64,000 bases of DNA from Planctomycetia bacterium (lineage in GTDB: Bacteria > Planctomycetota > MHYJ01 > WSZJ01), in NCBI GenBank assembly GCA_020849035.1, contig JADLHC010000282.1:13957-77956 (forward strand). Direction: 5' to 3'. The number at the start of each line of letters is the position of its first letter. Position 1 is the stretch's first letter. This document shows, in pieces, positions 36,055 through 44,440 of this stretch. Below the pieces are notes generated by a model that saw nothing but the letters and a program-made list of their open reading frames with translations, ran no database searches and had not been told where the DNA came from. A program made the position numbers and the translations under genes.

Positions 36055-36873
36055 CTACTTCTTCCGGACGCGCACCTTCTGCGACTGCGAATACACGTTG
36101 AACCGCTTCCCCGACGCAAACCCCACCAGCGCGATCCCGGCGCGCTCGGCGAGGTCCACCGCGAGCGACGACGGCGCACCGACGGCGACGAGGACGGGGA
36201 AGCGCGCGGCGGCGGCCTTCTGGACGATCTCGAAGGAGGCGCGGCCGGAGACGGCGAGCAGTGCGGGGCGGTCGAGCGAGCGGGCGTCGAGGAGGAGGCC
36301 GACGACCTTGTCCACGGCGTTGTGGCGGCCGACGTCCTCGGCGGCGGCAAGGATGCGGCCGCGGGCGTCGAGGGCGGCGGCGGCGTGGAGGCCGCCGGTC
36401 TGGCCGAACGACGGCTGCGCCGAGCGCAGGATCCCGGGCGCGCGGGCGACGAGGGAAGCGGCGACCGGCGGGGCGCGGCGCGCGCGGCCGGCGCGGTCGA
36501 GCAGGTCCTGGATGGAGAAGCGCCCGCAGACGCCGCAGGCGGAGGTGGTGAGCGTGCCGCGGCGGGTGGCGGCCGGGTGCGCGCGGCCGGCGCGCAGGCG
36601 CACGCGCGCGACGTTCGCGCGCGGCTCGATCGCGACCCGCGCGTCCGCGGCGGCCGCAATCAGCCCTTCCGCGAACAGGAACCCCAGCACCATCTCGCGC
36701 TCGAGCCCCGGCGTCCGCATCGTCACTGCCAGCGGCCGTGCGCCGAGCTGGATCTCCAGCGGTTCCTCGACCGCGATGGCGTCCAGATCCGGCGGCCCGG
36801 CGGGCCGGCCGGCGCGCACGCGGCGCACGGCGCGAGCGGTGACGGCGGAGCGGGCGAGGAGGGCGGCGGGCAC
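36055..36873 (-). CDS. fdhD: formate dehydrogenase accessory sulfurtransferase FdhD
   Basis: TSACGVCG, QTGGLHAAA, EDVGRHNAVDK. GTG start. Confidence 0.85.
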   Translation of the reverse strand: MPAALLARSAVTARAVRRVRAGRPAGPPDLDAIAVEEPLEIQLGARPLAVTMRTPGLEREMVLGFLFAEGLIAAAADARVAIEPRANVARVRLRAGRAHPAATRRGTLTTSACGVCGRFSIQDLLDRAGRARRAPPVAASLVARAPGILRSAQPSFGQTGGLHAAAALDARGRILAAAEDVGRHNAVDKVVGLLLDARSLDRPALLAVSGRASFEIVQKAAAARFPVLVAVGAPSSLAVDLAERAGIALVGFASGKRFNVYSQSQKVRVRKK

Positions 36874-37061
36874 GTGGGGATGCTAACCGCAAGGGGAAGG
36901 GCCCACCACGGCGGGTGAAGGGCATCACCGTTGCGGACCGTGGCGAGAACCTGAGGGGTCGATCATGGACCCGAACTTCGTCCCAACATCGAGCCGCCTG
37001 CTGGAGATTCTCGGAATTTCAGGCAGAAGTCGGATCCTGCCCTGTCTTACTGGTAGGAGAA

Positions 37062-37562
37062 ATGCGTGGGAGAGCCAATGTGGAACAGGATCTGGGCATC
37101 GTCTTCACGGATTTCGCAAGGCCTTTGGTGCGACTTGCGCGCGCTCGATGTTGGAACCGCTCAGATGGCGAAGATTGCGTCGCGGAGGTCTTCAGACGAA
37201 TCGTCGCCAACCCGGCTCTCCTTGTCGGGAGCGTCAAAGCCTATCTGACGCAAGCCGTAATCAACGAGTGCATCCGGAAGAACCTGAGCAGGAAAACCAT
37301 GGAGCCCGTCGACGCGGAGACCCAGGTCTTCGCAGCCCAGCCGGCAGATTCCGAAGTGCACCTCGAGATTGAGGCTGCAGTTCGCGCTCTTCCGGAAGGG
37401 CAGAGGGATGTGTTCATCCTCAAGACTGACAGCACGACCCGGACGATGTCTGAGGTTGCGGAGTGCCTTGAGATTCCCGAGTCAACGGCGGCATCCCGGT
37501 ACCGGCACGCCGTCGAGTCGCTCCGCCAACGGCTGAAGGACCTACAGGAGGAACTGCGATGA
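37062..37562 (+). CDS. ECF-type sigma-70 family factor (divergent)
   Basis: Region 4 LPEGQRDVFILK...MSEVAECLEIPESTAASRYRHAVESLR. AGGAGA Shine-Dalgarno sequence 6 nt upstream of the ATG at 37062. Lower-GC DNA. Confidence 0.7.
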   Translation: MRGRANVEQDLGIVFTDFARPLVRLARARCWNRSDGEDCVAEVFRRIVANPALLVGSVKAYLTQAVINECIRKNLSRKTMEPVDAETQVFAAQPADSEVHLEIEAAVRALPEGQRDVFILKTDSTTRTMSEVAECLEIPESTAASRYRHAVESLRQRLKDLQEELR

Positions 37563-38812
37563 GTGCCACAGACGGGTTCGATGAACTGCTGGCGCGACTT
37601 CAACCGACACCTGCACCTGCGGCACTCATTGCTCAGGCGCTTGCGGCCGCTCATGCCATTGACGCCACCCAGAGGGCCCAGCGCCAACACGTCGCATTGA
37701 AGCGAAACGACTCCGTGACCGAGGGCATCGGGCAGCACGATCCACGCGGCCTTGGCGGCGAGAGACCACTGCAAGGAAACGCGCAAGCCCAGAGGAGTGC
37801 GCTGCCGCCAGCCTTGCTTCCGCCTGCCAATTTTCCACAACAGGCCATCCGAGTGCTTCCTCCCGGCCAGCCTCTTCACCAGGATCCTGCGGTGGGCGGA
37901 CAATTTCCGGCACCCACGACATTCCACGGGATTCTAGGTCCGCCGATTCCGACCGCGGCGTTGGTCATGACGCCGTTCGGGCTGATCTTCGCCGAGCAGA
38001 GACCGGTTCCTCGATTCTCAACCTACGATCCCGAAAGGGACATCCCGGGGCTTCACGACGGGGGCCGGGAAGAGCTTCCAGGCAGTCGGGACGGCGGCGG
38101 GGGTGTCGTCCGCGTGAAGAAGCGCGGCCTGAAACATGAAGGACCGTTCATGGATCCCCCGGACGACACTCTTCCCACAGGTGTGGGTTCCGTCGTGGTC
38201 TTTATCTACGAGCCCCCTGGAGGAACCCGGCTGTCGGAGGCTGGCTGCGAGTTGCAGTTCGTCAACTTTGTGACACGCACAACGACCTACTGGATCATCC
38301 CTCCCCCGGACGGTACGGTGCTCATGAAGCCGCTGAAGCTGGACTCCTTGAGCCGGGAGCGCGGCTTGGACAATGGCGGCAGCGAGTCAAGTCCAACCTA
38401 CCCTGGTGTGGGCACCGATGGCCGGAAGCTCTGGAAGGTGGATCAGCCCCATGTCGACGACGAACTCCTGCAGCAGGAAGCCAGGCGGATCCTGAAGGGC
38501 ATCATTGCGGTCGGGGGACCTGTCGTCTGCTTCAAGACAGAGTGGGTGCTCGAAGCGTGGGTGGTCAAGATCTGCAGGGGGACGGCAGAAGGCGGGGCTT
38601 ACTACGAGATCCTGAACGAGAAGACCGAGGTCACCTCCGTGACATCTTGCTGGGACGCTCAGGGAACCCCCTCCGGCGAGGTAAACGTCCAGACCTGGTC
38701 GGGTGGGCCTGCCCGCAAGTCCAATGAGATTCCGGAGGACGAGAAGGACGTCGTTCGGCGGAAACTGAGGAAATTCGCCAAGGACGACCCGGCATGGGGG
38801 AATCCTCGGTAG
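37559..38812 (+). CDS. hypothetical protein, possible anti-sigma-like partner (one weak hydrophobic segment; orphan C-terminal domain)
   Basis: ATGA overlap with the sigma gene. 417 aa. PIPTAALVMTPFGLIFA is a possible TM. No motif recognised in the roughly 260-aa C-terminal part. Confidence 0.6.
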   Translation: MSATDGFDELLARLQPTPAPAALIAQALAAAHAIDATQRAQRQHVALKRNDSVTEGIGQHDPRGLGGERPLQGNAQAQRSALPPALLPPANFPQQAIRVLPPGQPLHQDPAVGGQFPAPTTFHGILGPPIPTAALVMTPFGLIFAEQRPVPRFSTYDPERDIPGLHDGGREELPGSRDGGGGVVRVKKRGLKHEGPFMDPPDDTLPTGVGSVVVFIYEPPGGTRLSEAGCELQFVNFVTRTTTYWIIPPPDGTVLMKPLKLDSLSRERGLDNGGSESSPTYPGVGTDGRKLWKVDQPHVDDELLQQEARRILKGIIAVGGPVVCFKTEWVLEAWVVKICRGTAEGGAYYEILNEKTEVTSVTSCWDAQGTPSGEVNVQTWSGGPARKSNEIPEDEKDVVRRKLRKFAKDDPAWGNPR

Positions 38813-38826
38813 GAATCGAGATCCGC

Positions 38827-40740
38827 ATGCGGTGGCACCGAGCGCAAAACTGCTTCCTTCAGGCCATCTGGTTGTGCCTCGCCCTCATCAGTGGCGGCTG
38901 CACGGCTGATCCCGCGGGATTGGGCGACCTTCCTGGAGCGGGAGAGAACTCCTCGCCCGCCTTGCCGCATCCTGTCGTTCGGGCCTTTGGATCCTCCAGG
39001 CTCTGGCACCCCGGCGGTGCCGTCATGATCGCGAGCCGGGAGGGCAGTCCCGAATTCGCAACCGTCGGCAAGGACGGCACCGTGTGCTTCTGGGAGAGTC
39101 GCGAGGGGAACTTGCTTGCGATCAGTCGTGCGGACAAGCCGAAGCTCGTCGGGGCGGAGCTGCTTGCGGACGGATCGGTATTGCTTTGTGAGGTCGACGG
39201 GATGTGCCGGATTGTCACTCGCGACGACCGCGGGGGAGCGGTTTCCTTTCGCGCCTGCAACTCACGCGTTGCCGGGGTCTGTGCAAGTGCAAAGGGGACA
39301 GAGATCCTCCTCCTCGACGAACGGGGCGTGCTGTTCAGCCTGGATCTGCGGACCCGGCGCACTGAGGAGATCGGCGAAACGGGAATCCGACGGGCCCTGC
39401 GCATCGCCGCAACCGACGACCTGCGGACGATCGCGGTCGCCTCGCCTCTCCGGGTGAGGCTCTACTCCCGGGAAAGACGTGAGGTCACTCGGGAGGACGA
39501 GGGTCCCGAGGACCCGCTGGCACTGACGTTCCATGAGGCGATGAAGACGTTCCTTGTGGCGGACGTCAAAGGCAGGCTCCTGGAAGTGCCCCTGGACCCT
39601 GCGCTGCCCGCGAGGAGCAAGGCGGTCCGCGACGGCGGAATCCGCGCCATCGCCGTTTCCGCGAAGGACGGCCGGATTCTCGCCGGATGCTCGGACTGGT
39701 CCCTGTGTGTCCTGGACCCGGTGACGCTGGAGGTCGAGCGCTCCATCGACGCCGGGGGGCGTGTGGGGGCTCTGTCCGTCGCTGACGACGGGGAAATCCG
39801 ACTGGCCCTGTCTCACGGCAGGCTCCTGCTCATGAGGCCAACGACCTGCGATCGCCGGTTGCCCGCGCGTGGACATGACTCCGCCGTCTTCGAACTCCGG
39901 TTCTCACCCGACTGCAGGTTCCTGCTCAGCCGGGACGTGGAAACCGTTCGCGTCTGGGACCTGGGGCAGGAAGAGTCGCATGGAGAACCACTGGCGATCC
40001 CGAGTGAAGTCGCCGCGTATTGCCTCGTGGACTCCCACGGAGGCGTCCAGGTTCGCCTGCGTTCGGGTGCACTCCGGACCGGTCAGGGGGTCGTATCCGA
40101 TCGCGGACAAGACGCTTCATCCGACACACGCCTCAGGCGCTGGTGGGTGGCGCCAGACGAGGGTGTTCAGGTTCTGCTTACCGGAGCACGGCTTGCGGTG
40201 GTGCGCGGGAGCGAGTCGAACAGGACTCAGATGGACCTCGCGGAGAACGCTGGCGAGGTGGAAGTGCTCGCCGCCGACTGCGGTGGGGAACGCATTGCGC
40301 TTTGGTTCGAGGGTAGCGACTTCGTCAGGTTGCTTTCCGGCAGGACCGGCGCCGACCTCGGGTCGCTGCCCGCTTCAATTGACGGTCTGCCATTCGGCGG
40401 ACTCCACAGCACGGGTGCCTGGTACGGCCCGCAATCGGGGCGCGTCATCTTCTGTGACAAGGCAGGGAGTGCACTGAAGACGTGGAACCTGGACACAGAT
40501 ACGCCTTCTGAATTCCAGGTCTCGCCGGACGGGACATGGTTTGCATCCTCGGACACTGCCGGTCGGATCTTGATCCAACAAACTTCGGGCGACTTCCGGT
40601 CTTTCCATGGACCGGCGCATTTCGATTCCTGTTCCGTCATGCGATTCTCACGGGATTCCAGGATGTTGGCGACTGGCGGGCGCGACGGCACGGTGCTCGT
40701 CTGGGATCTGAAGCGAATCACACCGAGCGCCGGAAAGTAG
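38827..40740 (+). CDS. WD40 repeat lipoprotein
   Basis: MRWHRAQNCFLQAIWLCLALISGGC signal/lipobox-like. WD-like units (RFSPDCRFLLSRDVETVRVWDL, RFSRDSRMLATGGRDGTVLVWDL). Alternative start at 38794. Confidence 0.75.
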   Translation: MRWHRAQNCFLQAIWLCLALISGGCTADPAGLGDLPGAGENSSPALPHPVVRAFGSSRLWHPGGAVMIASREGSPEFATVGKDGTVCFWESREGNLLAISRADKPKLVGAELLADGSVLLCEVDGMCRIVTRDDRGGAVSFRACNSRVAGVCASAKGTEILLLDERGVLFSLDLRTRRTEEIGETGIRRALRIAATDDLRTIAVASPLRVRLYSRERREVTREDEGPEDPLALTFHEAMKTFLVADVKGRLLEVPLDPALPARSKAVRDGGIRAIAVSAKDGRILAGCSDWSLCVLDPVTLEVERSIDAGGRVGALSVADDGEIRLALSHGRLLLMRPTTCDRRLPARGHDSAVFELRFSPDCRFLLSRDVETVRVWDLGQEESHGEPLAIPSEVAAYCLVDSHGGVQVRLRSGALRTGQGVVSDRGQDASSDTRLRRWWVAPDEGVQVLLTGARLAVVRGSESNRTQMDLAENAGEVEVLAADCGGERIALWFEGSDFVRLLSGRTGADLGSLPASIDGLPFGGLHSTGAWYGPQSGRVIFCDKAGSALKTWNLDTDTPSEFQVSPDGTWFASSDTAGRILIQQTSGDFRSFHGPAHFDSCSVMRFSRDSRMLATGGRDGTVLVWDLKRITPSAGK

Positions 40741-40818
40741 ATTCCCCGGGCAGTCCTCAATTGCGGGCGACAGGTCGGGCGAGTTCCGGAGTTCGAGCAG
40801 TACCGAAGAGGCGCCCGT

Positions 40819-41235
40819 CTACCGGAACGAATTCGCCGCGAGGAACTCGGCGGGAGACAGGACGGGGATCGGGGTGCGCGGGAAGTGATCCACGTTCCGG
40901 GTCAGGAGGCATTTCGCGCGGGCCTGGACGGCGGAGTGGTACTGCACGGCGTCTTCGAAGTCGTCGAGGCGGGCGTCGATCGCCTGGTTGAGGATCTGCG
41001 CCGTGAGATCCACGGGTCGGAAGACGTCGCGCAGGAGCCGGAGCGCTTTGCCGGCGGCGGCGGCGCCGCCGAACCGGCGGACGAGGTACCAGCAGTTGGT
41101 GAAGCTGACCGCCGCGACCGCGGCGTCGAGCCGCCCCGACTCCGCCAGCAGCCAGACGGCCGCCGACGCGTCGTAGTGGGGCTTCCGCTCGGCCAGCACG
41201 TCGAGGAGGACGTTCGTGTCCACGAACACCCTCAT
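40819..41235 (-). CDS. vapC: PIN-domain toxin VapC
   Basis: MRVFVDTNVLLDVL, with later acidic residues (DFEDAVQ, TRNVDHF). Confidence 0.85.
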   Translation of the reverse strand: MRVFVDTNVLLDVLAERKPHYDASAAVWLLAESGRLDAAVAAVSFTNCWYLVRRFGGAAAAGKALRLLRDVFRPVDLTAQILNQAIDARLDDFEDAVQYHSAVQARAKCLLTRNVDHFPRTPIPVLSPAEFLAANSFR

Positions 41236-41489
41236 CGCCGCGGCCCGTGCTTCGCCGTGAGCGCCTCCTCGAGCAGCTCCCTGTCCGTCCTGCCGGGCGG
41301 AAGCCGCACGAGCCCGGAAGCCTTCCGCGTCAGCGGCCCGCTGCGCAGGTCGGGCCCCGCCCCCTCAAGGAGCGAGTGGAGGAAACGGGAGAACATCGAG
41401 GACACGGACGTGCCGCGCGCCGCGGCGAGCTTCTTCGCGGCCTCGACAAGCGCGCTGTCGGCGCTCAGGGTCAGCTTGGTGCGGCGCAT
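41232..41489 (-). CDS. VapB-type antitoxin (DUF6364-like; tentative family)
   Basis: 85 aa from an internal Met (MRRTKLTLSADSALVEAAKKLAAARGTSVSSMF). 4-nt overlap with vapC. Confidence 0.65.
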   Translation of the reverse strand: MRRTKLTLSADSALVEAAKKLAAARGTSVSSMFSRFLHSLLEGAGPDLRSGPLTRKASGLVRLPPGRTDRELLEEALTAKHGPRR

Positions 41490-41499
41490 GGGCGGGCTC

Positions 41500-41550
41500 C
41501 GATACGTACGTTCCGAAAGAAGTATACGTATTCCATCAGCGCAATTCCAG
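41500..41550 (-). promoter_or_regulatory. putative vapBC promoter with palindromic operator boxes
   Basis: AT-rich. On the minus strand a TATACT -10 lies about 32 nt upstream of the ATG. ATACGTAT and ACGTACGT palindromes are at 41523-41531 and 41502-41511. Confidence 0.4.
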
Positions 41551-41575
41551 GTGAGCGCGCCGTCTGCCCTTCTTC

Positions 41576-43996
41576 TCACTTCTTCAGCTGCCGCAGAATC
41601 GTCTCGTCCCGGATCTTCGCGTCGTCCGCCAGCAGGAACGCTTTGCTCAGGATGACCGAGAGCGTCGAGTCTCCCTCGAACGGCAGGAACACCTTGTCTC
41701 CCGCGCCTCTCGGGCTCCGGTCCGGCACGATGCACAGGTACTGGTCGTTGGGCTCCATCAGGATGTTGGCGCTGCCCAGGTGGATCTTGTAGGTGCGCAG
41801 ATCCCCCTTCACGACCAGGAACCTCCCCTCGATCCGGCTCCGTTCGCGGATCTTCAGCCGCGGCAGCAGCCCCGACAGCACCTCGCTCCGCGACTGCGCC
41901 GTCGCCGTCAGCTCGCCGAACGACGTGTCGCGCCAGTACGCGTCGTACTCGCGCCGCTCGCCGCGGTCGAGCCACGCCGGGTCGCCGCCGATCGAGCAGA
42001 CGCCGACGAACAGGTCCACGTTGCGCATGACCTCGGAGAAGAGCCGCGGGGGGACGGCTTCGATGCGGAGCTGCTCCCGGGCGGAGTTGTAGAAGCGCAC
42101 CTGGTCGGTCGAGATGTAGACGCAGATCCCGTTCTGGCTCAGCGTCTCGCCGAGGCCCTCGACCCAGAACTCCGCGACGAGGTTGTGATCGGGCAGTTCG
42201 AGCGTCGGCGTCCCGCCCGAGTCGAACCCGCCGAACAGCCGGTACGTCCACCCGCGCTGCTGGCACAGCGCCGCGAACTGGTGCTGCCGCAGGATGTGCG
42301 CGGCGAAGCGGTTCGAATAGGTGGACGTCGCGATCTCGGCCGGCGTGACGGCGTAGATCTCGCGGTGCGCCTGCTTGAACGGCTGCGTGACTTCGTGCCT
42401 CTGGAGGAAGCGCCGCCAGGCGAGCACGGTGTCCGCAGGGCTCGTGATCGGATGCCAGAGCTCGACTTTCGCCGGCGACGGTACCGGCCGGTCCTCCGCG
42501 TCCACGAGTCCCCCGTCGCGCCAGAACGCCGGCACGCCGTCCGCCGACCAGATCAGGCGCTTCACCATCCCGGAGATGAGCGGCGGTTCGAGGAACCGCT
42601 CGCGCCAGTCCGCCGGTGTCCACGACCGTCCGCCGAACAGCAGCCGCTCCAGGCGGTCGCGCTGCGCCGGCAGCATGGACTCGATGTCCTTCTGCGTCCG
42701 CTTGAGCGCCTTCAGCTCCTCGGCGTGCTCCTTCTTCACCGCCGCCGGCACGGCCTTCGGCACCTTCCCGTCCGCCGCGACGAAGCGCAGCTCCGCCTCC
42801 GTCGTCCCCGCGATGCGGATCTCCGCGGTGAACGCGCCGAGCGGCTGCCTCAACGCCCCGTCCGCGCCGAGCCCGAACGACGGGACCACGATCTCCTCCA
42901 GGTCCTGCCGCGTCATCCCCTCGCGCTTCGCCGCAGCATCCAGCGCCCGCCCGATCAGCTTCTTCGCCGTCGCGTACTTCGCCTTCAGCTGCAGCCGCCC
43001 GAGCTGCGCGATCGGATCGCGCCCCGGCATCGCGGACAGCGCCCAGAGGCAGGCGTTGCCGACTTTCGCCGAGCGCGCGCCGACGTTCGGGATCTTGCGG
43101 AGGCAGGTTTCGCAGAGGTCGGCGATCCGGGCAGGCGTTACGTCGCCGCAGACCGCCCCGAGCCAGGCGAGTCCCTTGAGCAGGTCTGCGTTCCGTTCGC
43201 CGATGACCTTCGACGATCCCTCGCGAACGTTCTGCAGCCATCGATCAACCGCTTCGGCAAGTCCGCGCGGCGGAAGCTCGGCTGCCGCGGCCTTCCCGGC
43301 CTTGATCCACTTTGCCGTAGGCGCGGTTCCCCGGGCGGAGCGGGCGTGGCGAAGGACTTCGTCCCAAGCGGCCCGAGTTTCGGCCGCCATTCCCCGAAGG
43401 TCCGCGAGGATGGCCTCAGCCCAGGGTTCCCCTGCCTCGGGCTCGCTTCGGAGCGTGGCTGCTGTCCCGAGGACGCCCTGGATCTGCTCCAGGGCGCGGT
43501 GTTGGTCCTTGTATGGAAACGGAGCTTTCTGAATGCCATTCGCGATGCTGGATGCCGCAGTTTCAATGAACTCCCGAATCCTGGGCGGAAGCGGCCCGGA
43601 CTTTCTGGCATGCTCGAGCGCCCGGATGCAACACAGGCCAAGCTCAAATCCCCAGCCCATGCCGGCGCAGAGCCTGGCGCAAAGGACCGCGCACCTTTCG
43701 AGATCCTGGATCGACCTCACCGTTCCCCGGCGAACCAGCTCCGAGAGAAGCTTCGCTCGAGACCTCGCAGAGTCCCAGGAGAGGACGGGTGCCCCAGGGC
43801 GCTGTTCGACGGAGTCGCGCAGTTCCTTCAGGAGGGCCGAGACGACTGCTTCTTGGCAATCCTGCGACGAAGCGAGGATCAGCCGCGCAGTCTCAAACTC
43901 GCGCAATCGTGTCCAGTAGGCCTTCTGCCCGAGCCTGGCGGCCTCGAGAATGAAGGCTTGGAGCAGGCGTTGCGCCTCGCCGCCGTCACACGTCAC
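41576..43996 (-). CDS. DUF4132 domain protein (MolR/YehI-like)
   Basis: 806 aa. Helical N-terminal half. C-terminal ...LWHPI...WRRFLQRHEVTQPFKQAHREIY...FAAHILRQHQF..L...GW and ...YKIHLGSANILMEPNDQYLCIVP match my recollection of DUF4132 plus its C-terminal extension. GTG start 2 nt after the upstream stop. Confidence 0.7.
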   Translation of the reverse strand: MTCDGGEAQRLLQAFILEAARLGQKAYWTRLREFETARLILASSQDCQEAVVSALLKELRDSVEQRPGAPVLSWDSARSRAKLLSELVRRGTVRSIQDLERCAVLCARLCAGMGWGFELGLCCIRALEHARKSGPLPPRIREFIETAASSIANGIQKAPFPYKDQHRALEQIQGVLGTAATLRSEPEAGEPWAEAILADLRGMAAETRAAWDEVLRHARSARGTAPTAKWIKAGKAAAAELPPRGLAEAVDRWLQNVREGSSKVIGERNADLLKGLAWLGAVCGDVTPARIADLCETCLRKIPNVGARSAKVGNACLWALSAMPGRDPIAQLGRLQLKAKYATAKKLIGRALDAAAKREGMTRQDLEEIVVPSFGLGADGALRQPLGAFTAEIRIAGTTEAELRFVAADGKVPKAVPAAVKKEHAEELKALKRTQKDIESMLPAQRDRLERLLFGGRSWTPADWRERFLEPPLISGMVKRLIWSADGVPAFWRDGGLVDAEDRPVPSPAKVELWHPITSPADTVLAWRRFLQRHEVTQPFKQAHREIYAVTPAEIATSTYSNRFAAHILRQHQFAALCQQRGWTYRLFGGFDSGGTPTLELPDHNLVAEFWVEGLGETLSQNGICVYISTDQVRFYNSAREQLRIEAVPPRLFSEVMRNVDLFVGVCSIGGDPAWLDRGERREYDAYWRDTSFGELTATAQSRSEVLSGLLPRLKIRERSRIEGRFLVVKGDLRTYKIHLGSANILMEPNDQYLCIVPDRSPRGAGDKVFLPFEGDSTLSVILSKAFLLADDAKIRDETILRQLKK

Positions 43997-43998
43997 GA

Positions 43999-44406
43999 TT
44001 AGCCCCCGACGAGAGGCACAAGCTTCACGAAGCTCACGCGCGTCTCCGCTGTGACCTCGACCTCCTGCTCGAGCGACTCGACCTGCTGGTCGTCGACGAG
44101 GACGAAGAAGCCGTTGCGCGCGTACGCCTCGAGCGCCTTCTCGTACTGCGCCTTCCAGTCGAGTTCGCGGGGCTTCTGCATGCGGTAGCCGTTGAGCGTG
44201 CGCTCGGCGTCGGTCGGCTGGACGAGGCCGTGGAAGGTCTCCCCGGGCGTGCGGTTGTAGTCGGCGACTTCCTGGTAGACGCGGCTGCGGATGAGCTCAC
44301 GCACCGGGACGCGGGCCGACATCATCTCGATCGTGAAGGTGCGCACCGGCTTGCCGGTCGGGGTTTCGTCACGGATGGTGAGCGTCGTGGACATGCGAAG
44401 CGGCAT
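43999..44406 (-). CDS. beta-grasp (ThiS/MoaD/ubiquitin-like) candidate ending in Gly-Gly
   Basis: 135 aa. C-terminus is NGFFVLVDDQQVESLEQEVEVTAETRVSFVKLVPLVGG-stop. Lies 34 nt downstream of the Mo-enzyme operon. Confidence 0.55.
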   Translation of the reverse strand: MPLRMSTTLTIRDETPTGKPVRTFTIEMMSARVPVRELIRSRVYQEVADYNRTPGETFHGLVQPTDAERTLNGYRMQKPRELDWKAQYEKALEAYARNGFFVLVDDQQVESLEQEVEVTAETRVSFVKLVPLVGG

Positions 44407-44440
44407 CTTACCCGACGGATGTCCGATCTCGCCGACTCAC

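Noticed and set aside
37231-37251. GCGTCA-N9-TGACGC inside the second ECF sigma gene, and TTGACCGGATGCGTCAT at the anti-sigma start (about 33350-33366), as extra members of the palindrome family.
   Set aside because: The first has the arms in the opposite order and a different spacing. The second has four mismatches and poor symmetry. Both are intragenic and likely coincidental.
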